Below are positions 9,477 to 17,609 of a stretch of 22,282 nucleotides of DNA, in pieces. The stretch comes from Vulcanimicrobiales bacterium (GTDB lineage Bacteria; Vulcanimicrobiota; Vulcanimicrobiia; Vulcanimicrobiales; Vulcanimicrobiaceae), in NCBI GenBank assembly GCA_038215615.1, contig JBBQQR010000027.1:1-22282 (forward strand). Direction: 5' to 3'. Made by a program: the position numbers and the translations under genes. Position 1 is the first letter of the stretch, and the number at the start of each line of letters is the position of its first letter. Below the pieces are notes generated by a model. The model searched no databases. It was not told the origin of the DNA and worked only from the letters and a program-made list of their open reading frames with translations.

Positions 9477-10486
9477 TTGAACTTCTCCGTGTATTGGCGC
9501 CGATAATACTCGGTAAACGAACCATCTTTGATCGGTTTCCACCAGGGCTCGTTCGCACGGTACCAGTCCACAGTTCCCGAGAGGCCCTGCACGAAATCGC
9601 ATTGCGGCATCCAGCCCAAGGCGCGCATTTTGGAAAAGTCGAGTGAGTAGCGGCGGTCGTGTCCAGCGCGATCCGCGACGTGACGCACGTGCGTATCGAA
9701 AGAACGGCCGCACGATGCGATGAGCCGCTCGGTGATCTCGAGGTTGGTCTTAAGGTTACCCGCACCGATGTTGTAGACGTTCATCACTTGTCCGCGCTCG
9801 AGCGCGTGTAGAATGCCGCGCGAATGATCGTCCACGTGAATCCAATCGCGCACTTGCATGCCGTCTCCATACAAAGGAACGGGCTTGTCTTCGAGGAGAT
9901 TCGTCGTGAAAAGAGGGATCAGTTTTTCAGGATACTGGTAGGGCCCGTAGGTGTTTGAGCCCCGCGTGACTACCACCGGTGTACCGTAGGTTGTCCCGTA
10001 AGCCAGCACCCGAAGATCACCACCGGCTTTGCTAGCCGCATATGGCGAACGAGGCGCAACGGGGTCGGTCTCCTTTGAACTGCCTGAGGCGACGTGCCCG
10101 TACACTTCGTCGGTCGAGACTTGCAGATAACGCTCAATCTTATGCCGCCGAACTGCCTCCAGAAGGACGTGAATTCCGAGCGTGTCTGTCCGCAGGAATG
10201 CTGCAGGATCGAGGATTGAACGGTCTACATGACTTTCCGCTGCAAAGTTTACGATAGCTTCAACGGGTGTTGACAGCGCGTCTTCAACGGAACGCGCGTC
10301 CGCGATGTCGCCTTTATAGAAACGATAGCGCGGATTCTGCTCCACGTCGCGTAAGTTGGCCGGATTTCCCGCGTAGGTCATCGTGTCATAATTGATGATG
10401 GAAATACTTGGACGCTCGCGTAGGACTATGCGAATAAAATTCGATCCGATAAAGCCGAGCCCACCGGTGACAAGCCACGTTCGCAA
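9473..10486 (-). CDS. rfbB: dTDP-glucose 4,6-dehydratase (RmlB)
   Basis: TGGLGFIGSN, TYAGN, FAAESHVDRSI, STDEVYG, YAASK, YQYPEKLIP, RAGHDRRY. TTG start with a CAGGAG RBS. Confidence 0.96.
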   Translation of the reverse strand: MRTWLVTGGLGFIGSNFIRIVLRERPSISIINYDTMTYAGNPANLRDVEQNPRYRFYKGDIADARSVEDALSTPVEAIVNFAAESHVDRSILDPAAFLRTDTLGIHVLLEAVRRHKIERYLQVSTDEVYGHVASGSSKETDPVAPRSPYAASKAGGDLRVLAYGTTYGTPVVVTRGSNTYGPYQYPEKLIPLFTTNLLEDKPVPLYGDGMQVRDWIHVDDHSRGILHALERGQVMNVYNIGAGNLKTNLEITERLIASCGRSFDTHVRHVADRAGHDRRYSLDFSKMRALGWMPQCDFVQGLSGTVDWYRANEPWWKPIKDGSFTEYYRRQYTEKFK

Positions 10487-10592
10487 CCGTATCGTCTCCT
10501 GAAAAAAGTACCAGGAAATAAACCCGTGATATATATTCGTCTAACGCTTCGAGAGAAAGCCAGGAAACCTTGGCGCTTGGCGCCCTCCTGCC

Positions 10593-11807
10593 CTATTTGC
10601 TCTGCAGGCCACCGAACATTCCGGCGACGGCGCCCATCGCGGCCGCCAAGGTGGGTGACGCGAACAAAACCCAGCCGAACATGACGAACGCGAAGGTCGT
10701 AGCGATTGACACGCTCGCGGCCAAGCCCGGCTGGAAGTTCAGCACGAACTTCGTCTTAGCAACGGTCAAGCTCCACACGCGGTGCACGGCCAAACCCAGT
10801 CCATGCCAGAGACCCCACACCACGAAATGCCATTGCGCGCCGTGCCATAATCCGGCGACGGCCATGACGAATGCAAGATTGATCATTGTCACGACTTTGT
10901 TGTGCCGGCTCCCGCCGAGCGGAATGAAGATATAATCCCGGATCCAGGAACTCAAACTGATATGCCAGCGGCGCCAAAACAGCGAGATGTTCGGCGACCA
11001 GTATGGTCGATCGAAATTTTCGAGAATCTGAAATCCTAGCAACCCAGCCATTCCGATGGCGATGTCCGAATAGCCGGTGAAGTCGAAATAGATCTTCGCG
11101 GTGTAGGCGAACATGGCGATCCAATAATCGCCCGTATGATAAGGCGCTCCTGGCGTGAGCAATGGTTGTGTAAGCGGAGTCATGGAGTCCGCAATAATGG
11201 ATTTCTTGGCCAATCCCAGGATCACGCGATAGACGTTTGCCGCGACGAACAGCGGCGTGGGCCGCCACATGTGGTCGATCTGCGGCGCAAAATTCTGATA
11301 ACGTTTAATCGGCCCGGCGACGAGGGTCGGATAAAACATGGCAAACGTGGCGAATTTGCGGACGTCGAAATCGACGATCTTCCCAAGATACACGTCGACC
11401 AAGAAGTGGACGAATTCGAAGGTGAAAAAAGAAATCGCCAGCGGGATCAGCAAGTGCGGAATGGCGACTGCGATCTTTCCGCGTGAAATCTCTTCCACGC
11501 TGCCGAGAAACAGGGGCGTATACTTGTAGATAAACAAGACGCCGACGCTGGCCGAAACGCCGGCGGTCAGCAGCCACCGGGCGGTGCTGATCGCGTGGCG
11601 TTTTCGCAGGGAGACGATCGCCCGGGCGCACGCGTACGTGACGGTTGCGAGCCCAGCGATCAAAATCAAGTACGGCGGATAGGCGAACGCATAGAAAACG
11701 ATGCCGCACAACACGAGAACGGCCGGCCGAAAGCGGGCCGGGCTGCTCCAGTAAGCGAGCAGCGAGGCAAGCGCAAACGCGGCAAAAACCCAAGTGTTGA
11801 AAATCAC
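10593..11807 (-). CDS. MBOAT family O-acyltransferase (AlgI/DltB/PatA type)
   Basis: Polytopic membrane protein with PLAISFFTF, LVAGPI, YFDFTGYSDIAIG, ENFDRPY, FWRRWHISLSSWIRDYIFIPLGG and GLWHGA (catalytic His). The GTG start at 11807 overlaps the upstream stop (GTGA). Confidence 0.95.
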   Translation of the reverse strand: MIFNTWVFAAFALASLLAYWSSPARFRPAVLVLCGIVFYAFAYPPYLILIAGLATVTYACARAIVSLRKRHAISTARWLLTAGVSASVGVLFIYKYTPLFLGSVEEISRGKIAVAIPHLLIPLAISFFTFEFVHFLVDVYLGKIVDFDVRKFATFAMFYPTLVAGPIKRYQNFAPQIDHMWRPTPLFVAANVYRVILGLAKKSIIADSMTPLTQPLLTPGAPYHTGDYWIAMFAYTAKIYFDFTGYSDIAIGMAGLLGFQILENFDRPYWSPNISLFWRRWHISLSSWIRDYIFIPLGGSRHNKVVTMINLAFVMAVAGLWHGAQWHFVVWGLWHGLGLAVHRVWSLTVAKTKFVLNFQPGLAASVSIATTFAFVMFGWVLFASPTLAAAMGAVAGMFGGLQSK

Positions 11808-12829
11808 CGGATCATTTTCCGGAGGTACGGGCTCAGGCGCGCCACGAGGATGCGCTGCCCCGCAGCATTCAAATGGTCGTTGTCGATGAAGGTAGCGGAA
11901 GGCGCCGCGCGATCGAGGTTGAGGACCGTTACCCGTGGGCAATGCGGGACGGCCATGAGCGCGTGTAGATTCGCGTCGTATTCGGGGACATCGATATAGT
12001 CGTGAAGCAGTCCGTGATTAGTCGGCGTGAGAAAAACGATCGCGGGAATTTTCGCCGCGCAAAGCTCCCGCAGCAGGATGCGATAGTACTGCATGCCGAC
12101 GTTCGTATCGTCGATCGGCGCGAGATCGTAAGTGCCGAGAAACTTGTCGCTGGTGGGCCGGTGCGCCAACTCTTGGGCTGCGGCCGTGCCGGTAATGTTT
12201 TGGACTGAGCGCACGAGCGCGCCAGCCATGTCGTCGGTGCCGAATATCATCTCGCACAGGTCTGCGCGCAGGCGGTAGAAGCGCCAGTACCTTTCTACGA
12301 ACCGGTTGAGTGCGGGGTTTAGGCCTACAGCCGGGTGCATCTTTAACACCCGGCGATCGCCGGGTGTCAATACCGCTTCCGCCGTTCGTTCAAGCGATGG
12401 ATGAAGCGTGCGGTACGCGCTGTCGGCGTGATTGAATTCTTTGATGTTGACGTTGATGACGGCGCCGGCTAACGGCACGCCCGCATGCAGCGCGTAACGC
12501 AATAGAACGGCGCTGTTCGGCGTCGAGCCGCCCTCGTACGACATATTGAGCATACGCGACGCGGGAAAGCGCCGTTGTAGAACGTTCGCGGCGGAATCCG
12601 CTTCGGGAATTTTGTATCCCCAGAGCACTGAGTCGCCGAGAAAAGCGATCACTGGCTTATTGCGCGGAGCGTCCCCGACGTACAAGTTCAAATATGCCGG
12701 AGAAAACTGCTCGGGCAGCCGCGACGGAAGCGGGCGCCAGAAGCCGAGCGCGGCGTCCAATATGAGCAGGAGCGCGAGCGCCACGGGATACGCAAGCCAC
12801 CATCGTGCGCGGGCGATGTTGGTTGTCAT
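11804..12829 (-). CDS. Membrane-anchored DltD/PatB-like SGNH acyltransferase
   Basis: N-terminal TM helix, FLGDSV (Ser nucleophile), C-terminal FIDNDHLNAAG (DxxH). Located between a DltX-like gene and the MBOAT gene. Confidence 0.75.
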   Translation of the reverse strand: MTTNIARARWWLAYPVALALLLILDAALGFWRPLPSRLPEQFSPAYLNLYVGDAPRNKPVIAFLGDSVLWGYKIPEADSAANVLQRRFPASRMLNMSYEGGSTPNSAVLLRYALHAGVPLAGAVINVNIKEFNHADSAYRTLHPSLERTAEAVLTPGDRRVLKMHPAVGLNPALNRFVERYWRFYRLRADLCEMIFGTDDMAGALVRSVQNITGTAAAQELAHRPTSDKFLGTYDLAPIDDTNVGMQYYRILLRELCAAKIPAIVFLTPTNHGLLHDYIDVPEYDANLHALMAVPHCPRVTVLNLDRAAPSATFIDNDHLNAAGQRILVARLSPYLRKMIR

Positions 12830-12833
12830 CGCA

Positions 12834-13094
12834 CTAGAAGTCAGTGTAGATGAAGTGAGATTCGGTGGACGGGCTGAGCAGAATGCTCAGGACGATGATG
12901 ACGAACAAAACGACGCCAAGTTTGATGGGGCCGAAGCGCGCATCCGCGATGAACGGCCACACTCGGCTTTTCGTAAGGTACCAGGATGCGGCAACCGGGT
13001 CGTCCGTGCCGGTCGTGATCAGCGTCTTGGCGTCGGCCCATGATTCGGCCGAATGCTCCAGCGTGGGCGCCGGATCGGTGGATTGAGATTTCAA
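12834..13094 (-). CDS. Small single-TM DltX-like protein with C-terminal FIYxxF acyl-shuttle motif
   Basis: 86 aa; hydrophobic helix LGVVLFVIIVLSILL followed by terminal SHFIYTDF*. TTG start overlaps the upstream stop (TTGA); ends 4 nt before the SGNH gene. Confidence 0.75.
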   Translation of the reverse strand: MKSQSTDPAPTLEHSAESWADAKTLITTGTDDPVAASWYLTKSRVWPFIADARFGPIKLGVVLFVIIVLSILLSPSTESHFIYTDF

Positions 13095-13576
13095 TCGGTA
13101 TGGGCTTCGAAAGTCTTTACGTTACGGAGACCCGCATCACGAAACGTCTGTTCGACTCCCGGCGCTTCATCGGTATTCGCTTTGTAAGTCACGACGCTGC
13201 GTCCGGCCTCGATAGCGTCATTGTAATTCTGTACTTGGTCTTGCGGGATCGGCCAGTCAGCCAAGTGATCGATGATATGCGGCTCGGCGAAGAAGCCGAT
13301 GTAGCGATTGTCGGAACTGATGTTTGGGACGTTCGCGTCCATCGTAGTCATGATCCCGGTCGAGCCCGTGATAATGTCGTGCGACGCATCAGTTGTCGTA
13401 TGGCCTTGGCCGACGTGCATGAATGTGACCATCGACTCCCCATGTTCGTTCGACGGCGTATCTTTTGTGATAACCGCCAACTTGTCGCAATTCACATTGG
13501 GCGTGCTGCATAAAGCGTCCTCAAGCTGCCCCGGATTCGACGACTGCGCTATTCCCGTTACCAGTTTTTCAGCCAC
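13091..13576 (-). CDS. Hypothetical protein, weakly resembling general stress protein 17M/YflT-like domain
   Basis: Strong RBS TAAGGAG before GTG 13576. C-terminal IPQDQVQNYNDAIEAGRSVVTY resembles the IPxxxxxxYxxxIxxGxxLV pattern of YflT-like proteins. Stop coupled to the DltX-like gene. Confidence 0.7.
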   Translation of the reverse strand: MAEKLVTGIAQSSNPGQLEDALCSTPNVNCDKLAVITKDTPSNEHGESMVTFMHVGQGHTTTDASHDIITGSTGIMTTMDANVPNISSDNRYIGFFAEPHIIDHLADWPIPQDQVQNYNDAIEAGRSVVTYKANTDEAPGVEQTFRDAGLRNVKTFEAHTD

Positions 13577-13598
13577 GTATGTTCTCCTTAAGCGGCAT

Positions 13599-13621
13599 CC
13601 TTCGACAGGCTCATGGTGACA
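13599..13621 (-). repeat. REP-like hairpin repeat, copy 1 (TGTCACCATGAGCCTGTCGAAGG)
   Basis: Shares the TGTCA tail and AGCCTGTCG core with copies at 16906 and 21789. Intergenic. Confidence 0.7.
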
Positions 13622-13631
13622 ACTTGCTTCG

Positions 13632-14834
13632 CTAGATTTCCCTGATGGCTTTGGCGAGCCGGCCGATGCCTTCACGGATCTTCTCCGGGGATGCGTTGGA
13701 GAAATTCAGCCGCATGCCGTCGGTCACGTCGCAGTGCGGATAGAATGAGACGCCGGGCACGAAGACGACGTTTTCTTTAGCGGAAATCTGCAGCAGGTCC
13801 GTCGTGTCGACGCCGGTAGCGCGGGCCCACAAGAACATGCCGCCCTGCGGCCTGTTGAACGAAACGCTCTTGGGCATGAACTCCGTCAGCGCATCGTACA
13901 TCACGTCCCGTCGCTGGTGATAGACGCGCCGGATCGCCTGGACGTGCTCTTCGAAGGCCTTGGCGCGCCCCACAATGCGCGCGAAAATATACTGCGTGAG
14001 AGTCCCACTCTGTAAGTCCGCGCCCTGCTTGGCGAGCACGAGTTTTTCGTGTACCTCGGGATCGCGCACGGCCAGCCATGCGACGCGCATGCCCGGCGCG
14101 AGAATCTTGCTGCCCGTGCCGCAGTAGATGATCGTCCCGCTCGACGGATAGCTCACGAGCGGCGCGAGATCCTCGCCTTCGAACCGCAGCTCCCCATACG
14201 GATCGTCCTCGACGATCGGGACACCGAAGTGCTCGCAGATGCGTACGATTCGCGCCCGGCGCTCGTGCGCGAGCGTGCGTCCGGTGGGATTTTGAAAATT
14301 CGCGACGACGTAGACGAACTTTGGCGGCGGCTGGGCATGCGCGAGCACGTGCTCGAGCGATTCGGGAATCATCCCGTCCTCGTCGGTGTCGACCGCGAGA
14401 TAGCGCGCTTGATACGCGTCGAATGCGTGAATCGCTCCCAAGTACGACGGATTTTCCAACACGATATGATCGCCGGGGTCGATCAGTATCTTCGCGATGA
14501 GATCCAGGCCCTGCTGAGATCCGTTTACGATGATGATCTGATGCGCGTCGAACGAGGTTCCCAGCCGGCGCGTGAGACGCTGCGCTACCCATTCGCGCAT
14601 CTCGGGAATGCCGTCGGTCACGGTATACTGCAGCGCGCGCGCGCCGTACTCGTCCATAACCTCGCGCGTGCATTGGGCGATCGCTTCGGTTGGAAAAAGT
14701 TCGGGGGCCGGTAACCCTCCGCCGAATGAGATGATGTGGGGCTGGAGCGTTGCCTTGAGCATCTCGCGGATGGTAGAGGCGCGCATGTGCGCGGTCCGCG
14801 CTGCAAAGCGCACGGTGCGCGGGACGGTAGCCAT
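13632..14834 (-). CDS. PLP-dependent class I/II aminotransferase (LysN/2-aminoadipate transaminase-like)
   Basis: ISFGGGLPAPELFP, GSQQGLDL, ENPSYLGA, NFQNPTG, EDDPYGEL, GSKILAPGMRVAW (PLP Lys), PQGGMFLW, MRLNFS. Confidence 0.93.
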   Translation of the reverse strand: MATVPRTVRFAARTAHMRASTIREMLKATLQPHIISFGGGLPAPELFPTEAIAQCTREVMDEYGARALQYTVTDGIPEMREWVAQRLTRRLGTSFDAHQIIIVNGSQQGLDLIAKILIDPGDHIVLENPSYLGAIHAFDAYQARYLAVDTDEDGMIPESLEHVLAHAQPPPKFVYVVANFQNPTGRTLAHERRARIVRICEHFGVPIVEDDPYGELRFEGEDLAPLVSYPSSGTIIYCGTGSKILAPGMRVAWLAVRDPEVHEKLVLAKQGADLQSGTLTQYIFARIVGRAKAFEEHVQAIRRVYHQRRDVMYDALTEFMPKSVSFNRPQGGMFLWARATGVDTTDLLQISAKENVVFVPGVSFYPHCDVTDGMRLNFSNASPEKIREGIGRLAKAIREI

Positions 14835-14882
14835 ACGCCAGCGGTATTCCCCGAAAACGGCAGGGCCCCCGGTTTAGATCGT

Positions 14883-14902
14883 GTATATCCAAAGTATATA
14901 CT
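14883..14902. promoter_or_regulatory. Putative mazEF operator palindromes
   Basis: GTATAT(14883-14888)/ATATAC(14896-14901) inverted repeat overlaps a perfect palindrome AGTATATACT (14893-14902) directly before the antitoxin ATG. AT-rich island in GC-rich DNA. Confidence 0.6.
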
Positions 14903-15163
14903 ATGAGAAAAATCGGTACGGTGCTAGACCGATGGGGCAACAGTTTGGGGGTTCGCGTTCCGAAGGCCATTGCTGAAAGTGCCGGCCTACGTGAAGGTGA
15001 TCGCGTGGAGATCAGCTTCGAGGATGCCGCCGTTGTGATCCGGCCGGCAAAACCGCATTACCGGCTTGATGAACTGCTCGCCGGCATCACTCCGGATAAC
15101 TTGCATCCCGCAATGGATTGGGGACCCGGCGTGGGTGCTGAGCGCTTTGGGGAAGACGGGTGA
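14903..15163 (+). CDS. mazE: AbrB/MazE family antitoxin
   Basis: RWGNSLGVRVPK, LDELLAGITPDNLH, DWGPGVGAE motifs. GTGA overlap with the toxin gene. Confidence 0.93.
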   Translation: MRKIGTVLDRWGNSLGVRVPKAIAESAGLREGDRVEISFEDAAVVIRPAKPHYRLDELLAGITPDNLHPAMDWGPGVGAERFGEDG

Positions 15164-15498
15164 GCGCGTACGTCCCGGAACGAGGCGATATCGCTTGGAT
15201 CGACTTCAATCCGCAGGCCGGTCACGAACAGGCAAATCGCAGGCCGGCCATCGTGTTATCAAGCCAAAGGTACAATGCAATATCCAGGTTAGCCGTTGTC
15301 TGTTCGATCTCGCGAAGGGAGAAAGGCTACCCTTTTGAGGTGAAGCTTCCAGTATCGTCACACGTAGAAGGCATGGTGCTGTCGGATCAGATTTGCAGCG
15401 TAGATTGGGGCGTTCGACGGGCTGAGTTTATTGAGTCGGCATCGGCCGAACTTCTCGACCAGGTCCTGGCGCGCATATCTGCGCTACTTGGGTTTTAG
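15160..15498 (+). CDS. mazF: MazF/PemK family endoribonuclease toxin
   Basis: YVPERGDIAWIDFNPQAGHEQANRRPAIVLS, KGYPFEV, LSDQICSVDW. Confidence 0.95.
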   Translation: MSAYVPERGDIAWIDFNPQAGHEQANRRPAIVLSSQRYNAISRLAVVCSISRREKGYPFEVKLPVSSHVEGMVLSDQICSVDWGVRRAEFIESASAELLDQVLARISALLGF

Positions 15499-15509
15499 CG
15501 GTCGAGTCG

Positions 15510-16352
15510 CTAAGCCGGCATCGGCGGTCCGCTAGGAGGCGGGGTTGAGGCGGCGTGCGTTCCGCCAAACGTGGTCTCTCGAATAAAAGCCAGAATCGCC
15601 GAGCCCAGCCCGATCGTCCAAACGAGCGCGACCACGAACAGGCCCACGACCGGTAAGATCTCCGCGGCGCAGAGCACGACCAGACCCAATATCAGCGCGC
15701 CCAGCGGCGAGGGCGTGGTGTGGGGCGAGACCAGTTCGAAAAGCCGGCGGCCTATCAATAAGCCGAGCGCGGACTGACCGATCAGCACGCAGGCCACAAT
15801 GGCCACGAACTCCAGTGGTATGAGCGGCAATCCGATCAAACTGATGGCTAGCAAGACCGCGATCGGGAGGCTTGCTATAAGCGCGATAACGCCGGTTGCC
15901 GCGGATAAGCCGGGATGCTTTTCGATCCGGTCCAACGCGGTGCGCACGCGGACCGGAAATATCAGGAAGATCAGCACGACGACGAAGCTGTAGCCAAGTA
16001 ACGTCGTTATCTTCGCCGTGTCGGCCGCGATGCTCGAGACGCCGGCGGCCCACGGAACGATCGAACCCAATCCGCCGGCATAGACTTGCTCGTGTCCGGT
16101 AATGACCGCGCCCGGCGCTTTTTCGATCGTGCCGCCGAAAACCGTGACGTCTCCGTCAACCTCGCCTTGGACGATCGCGTTGCCGCCGAACACCGTGACG
16201 TCGCCTTGAACGACTTGGTCGGGCGCCACCACGACGTTTTCTCCGAAATAACTGTCGCCGTGGTCGATCATCAGCGTTTTTGCCGACGCCGCTGTCGTAC
16301 AGAACGTCACCGCCAGCACGAACGCGAGAAAAGCTCCCAAGCGGTACGTCAT
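15510..16352 (-). CDS. Membrane protein with N-terminal bactofilin-like beta-helical repeats and several C-terminal TM helices
   Basis: Signal peptide from ATG 16352 (ATGA overlap); GDVTVFGG repeated at 17-aa spacing; four or more hydrophobic helices. Third gene of the ECF operon. Confidence 0.8.
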   Translation of the reverse strand: MTYRLGAFLAFVLAVTFCTTAASAKTLMIDHGDSYFGENVVVAPDQVVQGDVTVFGGNAIVQGEVDGDVTVFGGTIEKAPGAVITGHEQVYAGGLGSIVPWAAGVSSIAADTAKITTLLGYSFVVVLIFLIFPVRVRTALDRIEKHPGLSAATGVIALIASLPIAVLLAISLIGLPLIPLEFVAIVACVLIGQSALGLLIGRRLFELVSPHTTPSPLGALILGLVVLCAAEILPVVGLFVVALVWTIGLGSAILAFIRETTFGGTHAASTPPPSGPPMPA

Positions 16353-16894
16353 TGGGCCTCCGATGCCGATGCGAGGTGCGCGGCTAAGCGTGGACGGATG
16401 AGAAAGTAGATCGCGGCGCCCGCCGCAGCTAGCGTGAGATCGACTGAGAGAACGCCGACACCGAATGTCGCCAGAACCGGGGCGCCGTGAGCGATGCCGG
16501 CCGCACCGCCGGAAAACGACTGCGCCAAATTGCCGAAGCCCGCCGCAACTTCCGCGCCAACTTTTTGCAGGCTTGCGCCCGATACCGCAAAAACGGCGAG
16601 CGCCGCAATCCACGCCGCGGTAAGATAGAGCGTGACGAAGCTCCAGAGCCGGTGCTTATGCGGTTTGGGCGCGGGCATCGATAACGTTTCGGCCATCACG
16701 GCAAATGTAAAGTTGTTGGGCAGCTCCGGAACCTTCGTGGTGAAGAGAAGCGCGTCGATCACCTTGACCTCGTCGAGCAGATGCGCGCACGCCGTGCACG
16801 AGCCGATGTGCGCGTTCGTATCGATCATCTCGCGCGGCGAGAGCGTGCCTTCGAGATAGCGGTCGAGCAGCGGTTCACACGAGGAGCAGCGCAC
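16349..16894 (-). CDS. Zinc-binding anti-sigma factor (zf-HC2/ZAS) with TM helices
   Basis: N-terminal Cys, HIGSCTAC (HxxxCxxC), two hydrophobic segments. Directly downstream of the ECF sigma gene. Confidence 0.9.
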   Translation of the reverse strand: MRCSSCEPLLDRYLEGTLSPREMIDTNAHIGSCTACAHLLDEVKVIDALLFTTKVPELPNNFTFAVMAETLSMPAPKPHKHRLWSFVTLYLTAAWIAALAVFAVSGASLQKVGAEVAAGFGNLAQSFSGGAAGIAHGAPVLATFGVGVLSVDLTLAAAGAAIYFLIRPRLAAHLASASEAQ

Positions 16895-17516
16895 GCATCC
16901 CCCTTCCTCCGACAGGCTCAGGATGACAATTCATGGCTGTTTTTTCACGTTCCAACATTTTTTGTGCGAGCGCAATCTTTCCGCGATGAATGAGCGTCTT
17001 GACGTTTCCGAGCGATAAGCCGAGCGTGCTCGCGATCGTGTGGTACTCCATGTTGTTGTAGTAACGCAACGTCAGCACCGTACGCGTGCGTTCCGGGAGC
17101 TCGGCCAGCGCCGCGCGCAGCTCGCGCTCCGCTTCAGCGCGTACGACTCCGGCTTCGGGATTGCCGTCGCGCGAGAGATCGGGAAGCGCGTTTTCGAGTG
17201 TTTGATCTTCCGGGAGTTCCGACGTCTGCACCCGGCGCTGCGATTTCCCCAAGTGCGTGCGCACGACGTTGCGAGCGATTTGATACATCCAGGTCGAAAA
17301 TTTTCCAAGCGCCGGATTGAACGTGCCCAAATGCGCGTAGGCGCGCAAGAACGTTTCCTGGCTGAGGTCGGCCACGTCGGCCGGAGTGCGCACCGCGGCG
17401 CCGATGAAGCTTGCAATTCCACGTTTATAGCGGTCGACCAATACGGAGAAGACCTCGCGCTCGCCGCTGCGGACTCGCCGCACCAGAGCCTCGTCGCTCT
17501 GCCCCTCTATGGCCAT
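16875..17516 (-). CDS. ECF RNA polymerase sigma factor (sigma-70 group 4, SigW/RpoE-like)
   Basis: DLSQETFLRAY, FSTWMYQIARN (region 2); LPERTRTVLTLRY, IASTLGLSLGNVKTLIHRGK (region 4). Confidence 0.95.
   Translation of the reverse strand: MAIEGQSDEALVRRVRSGEREVFSVLVDRYKRGIASFIGAAVRTPADVADLSQETFLRAYAHLGTFNPALGKFSTWMYQIARNVVRTHLGKSQRRVQTSELPEDQTLENALPDLSRDGNPEAGVVRAEAERELRAALAELPERTRTVLTLRYYNNMEYHTIASTLGLSLGNVKTLIHRGKIALAQKMLEREKTAMNCHPEPVGGRGMRALLLV
16906..16928 (-). repeat. REP-like hairpin repeat, copy 2 (TGTCATCCTGAGCCTGTCGGAGG), inside the sigma factor 3' end
   Basis: 20 of 23 positions identical to copy 1 by manual alignment. Read in frame as CHPEPVGG. Confidence 0.7.
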
Positions 17517-17609
17517 GCCCCCTTAAGTTCGGGTATTTGCGGAGTTCTACCGCCGCCTGCGCCGATGGTTACAGGGAGCGTGGGGTGCGGAAGCTCGAAA
17601 GGGCTCCTA

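Noticed and set aside
9477..9713. N-terminal extension of rfbA in the ORF track (similar extensions at 11808-11942, 13577-13675, 16353-16613)
   Set aside because: They overlap upstream genes in another frame; coupled starts or RBS-supported downstream starts fit the families better.
10511..10567. CCAGGAAA repeated twice upstream of rfbB
   Set aside because: An 8-bp match with only two copies is too weak to call a regulatory site.
13777..14970. 397-aa alternative-frame ORF overlapping the aminotransferase
   Set aside because: Arg/Ala-rich with no recognisable motifs; a typical high-GC shadow frame of a well-supported gene.
16132..16205. Direct repeat CCGCCGAA(A/C)ACCGTGACGTC at 51-nt spacing, considered as a mini-CRISPR
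   Set aside because: Only two copies, in frame, encoding the GDVTVFGG protein repeat; no cas genes.
17040..17609. N-terminal 190 aa of the 426-aa methyltransferase ORF
   Set aside because: Mostly antisense to the ECF sigma gene; methyltransferase-like sequence starts only after about 17610.
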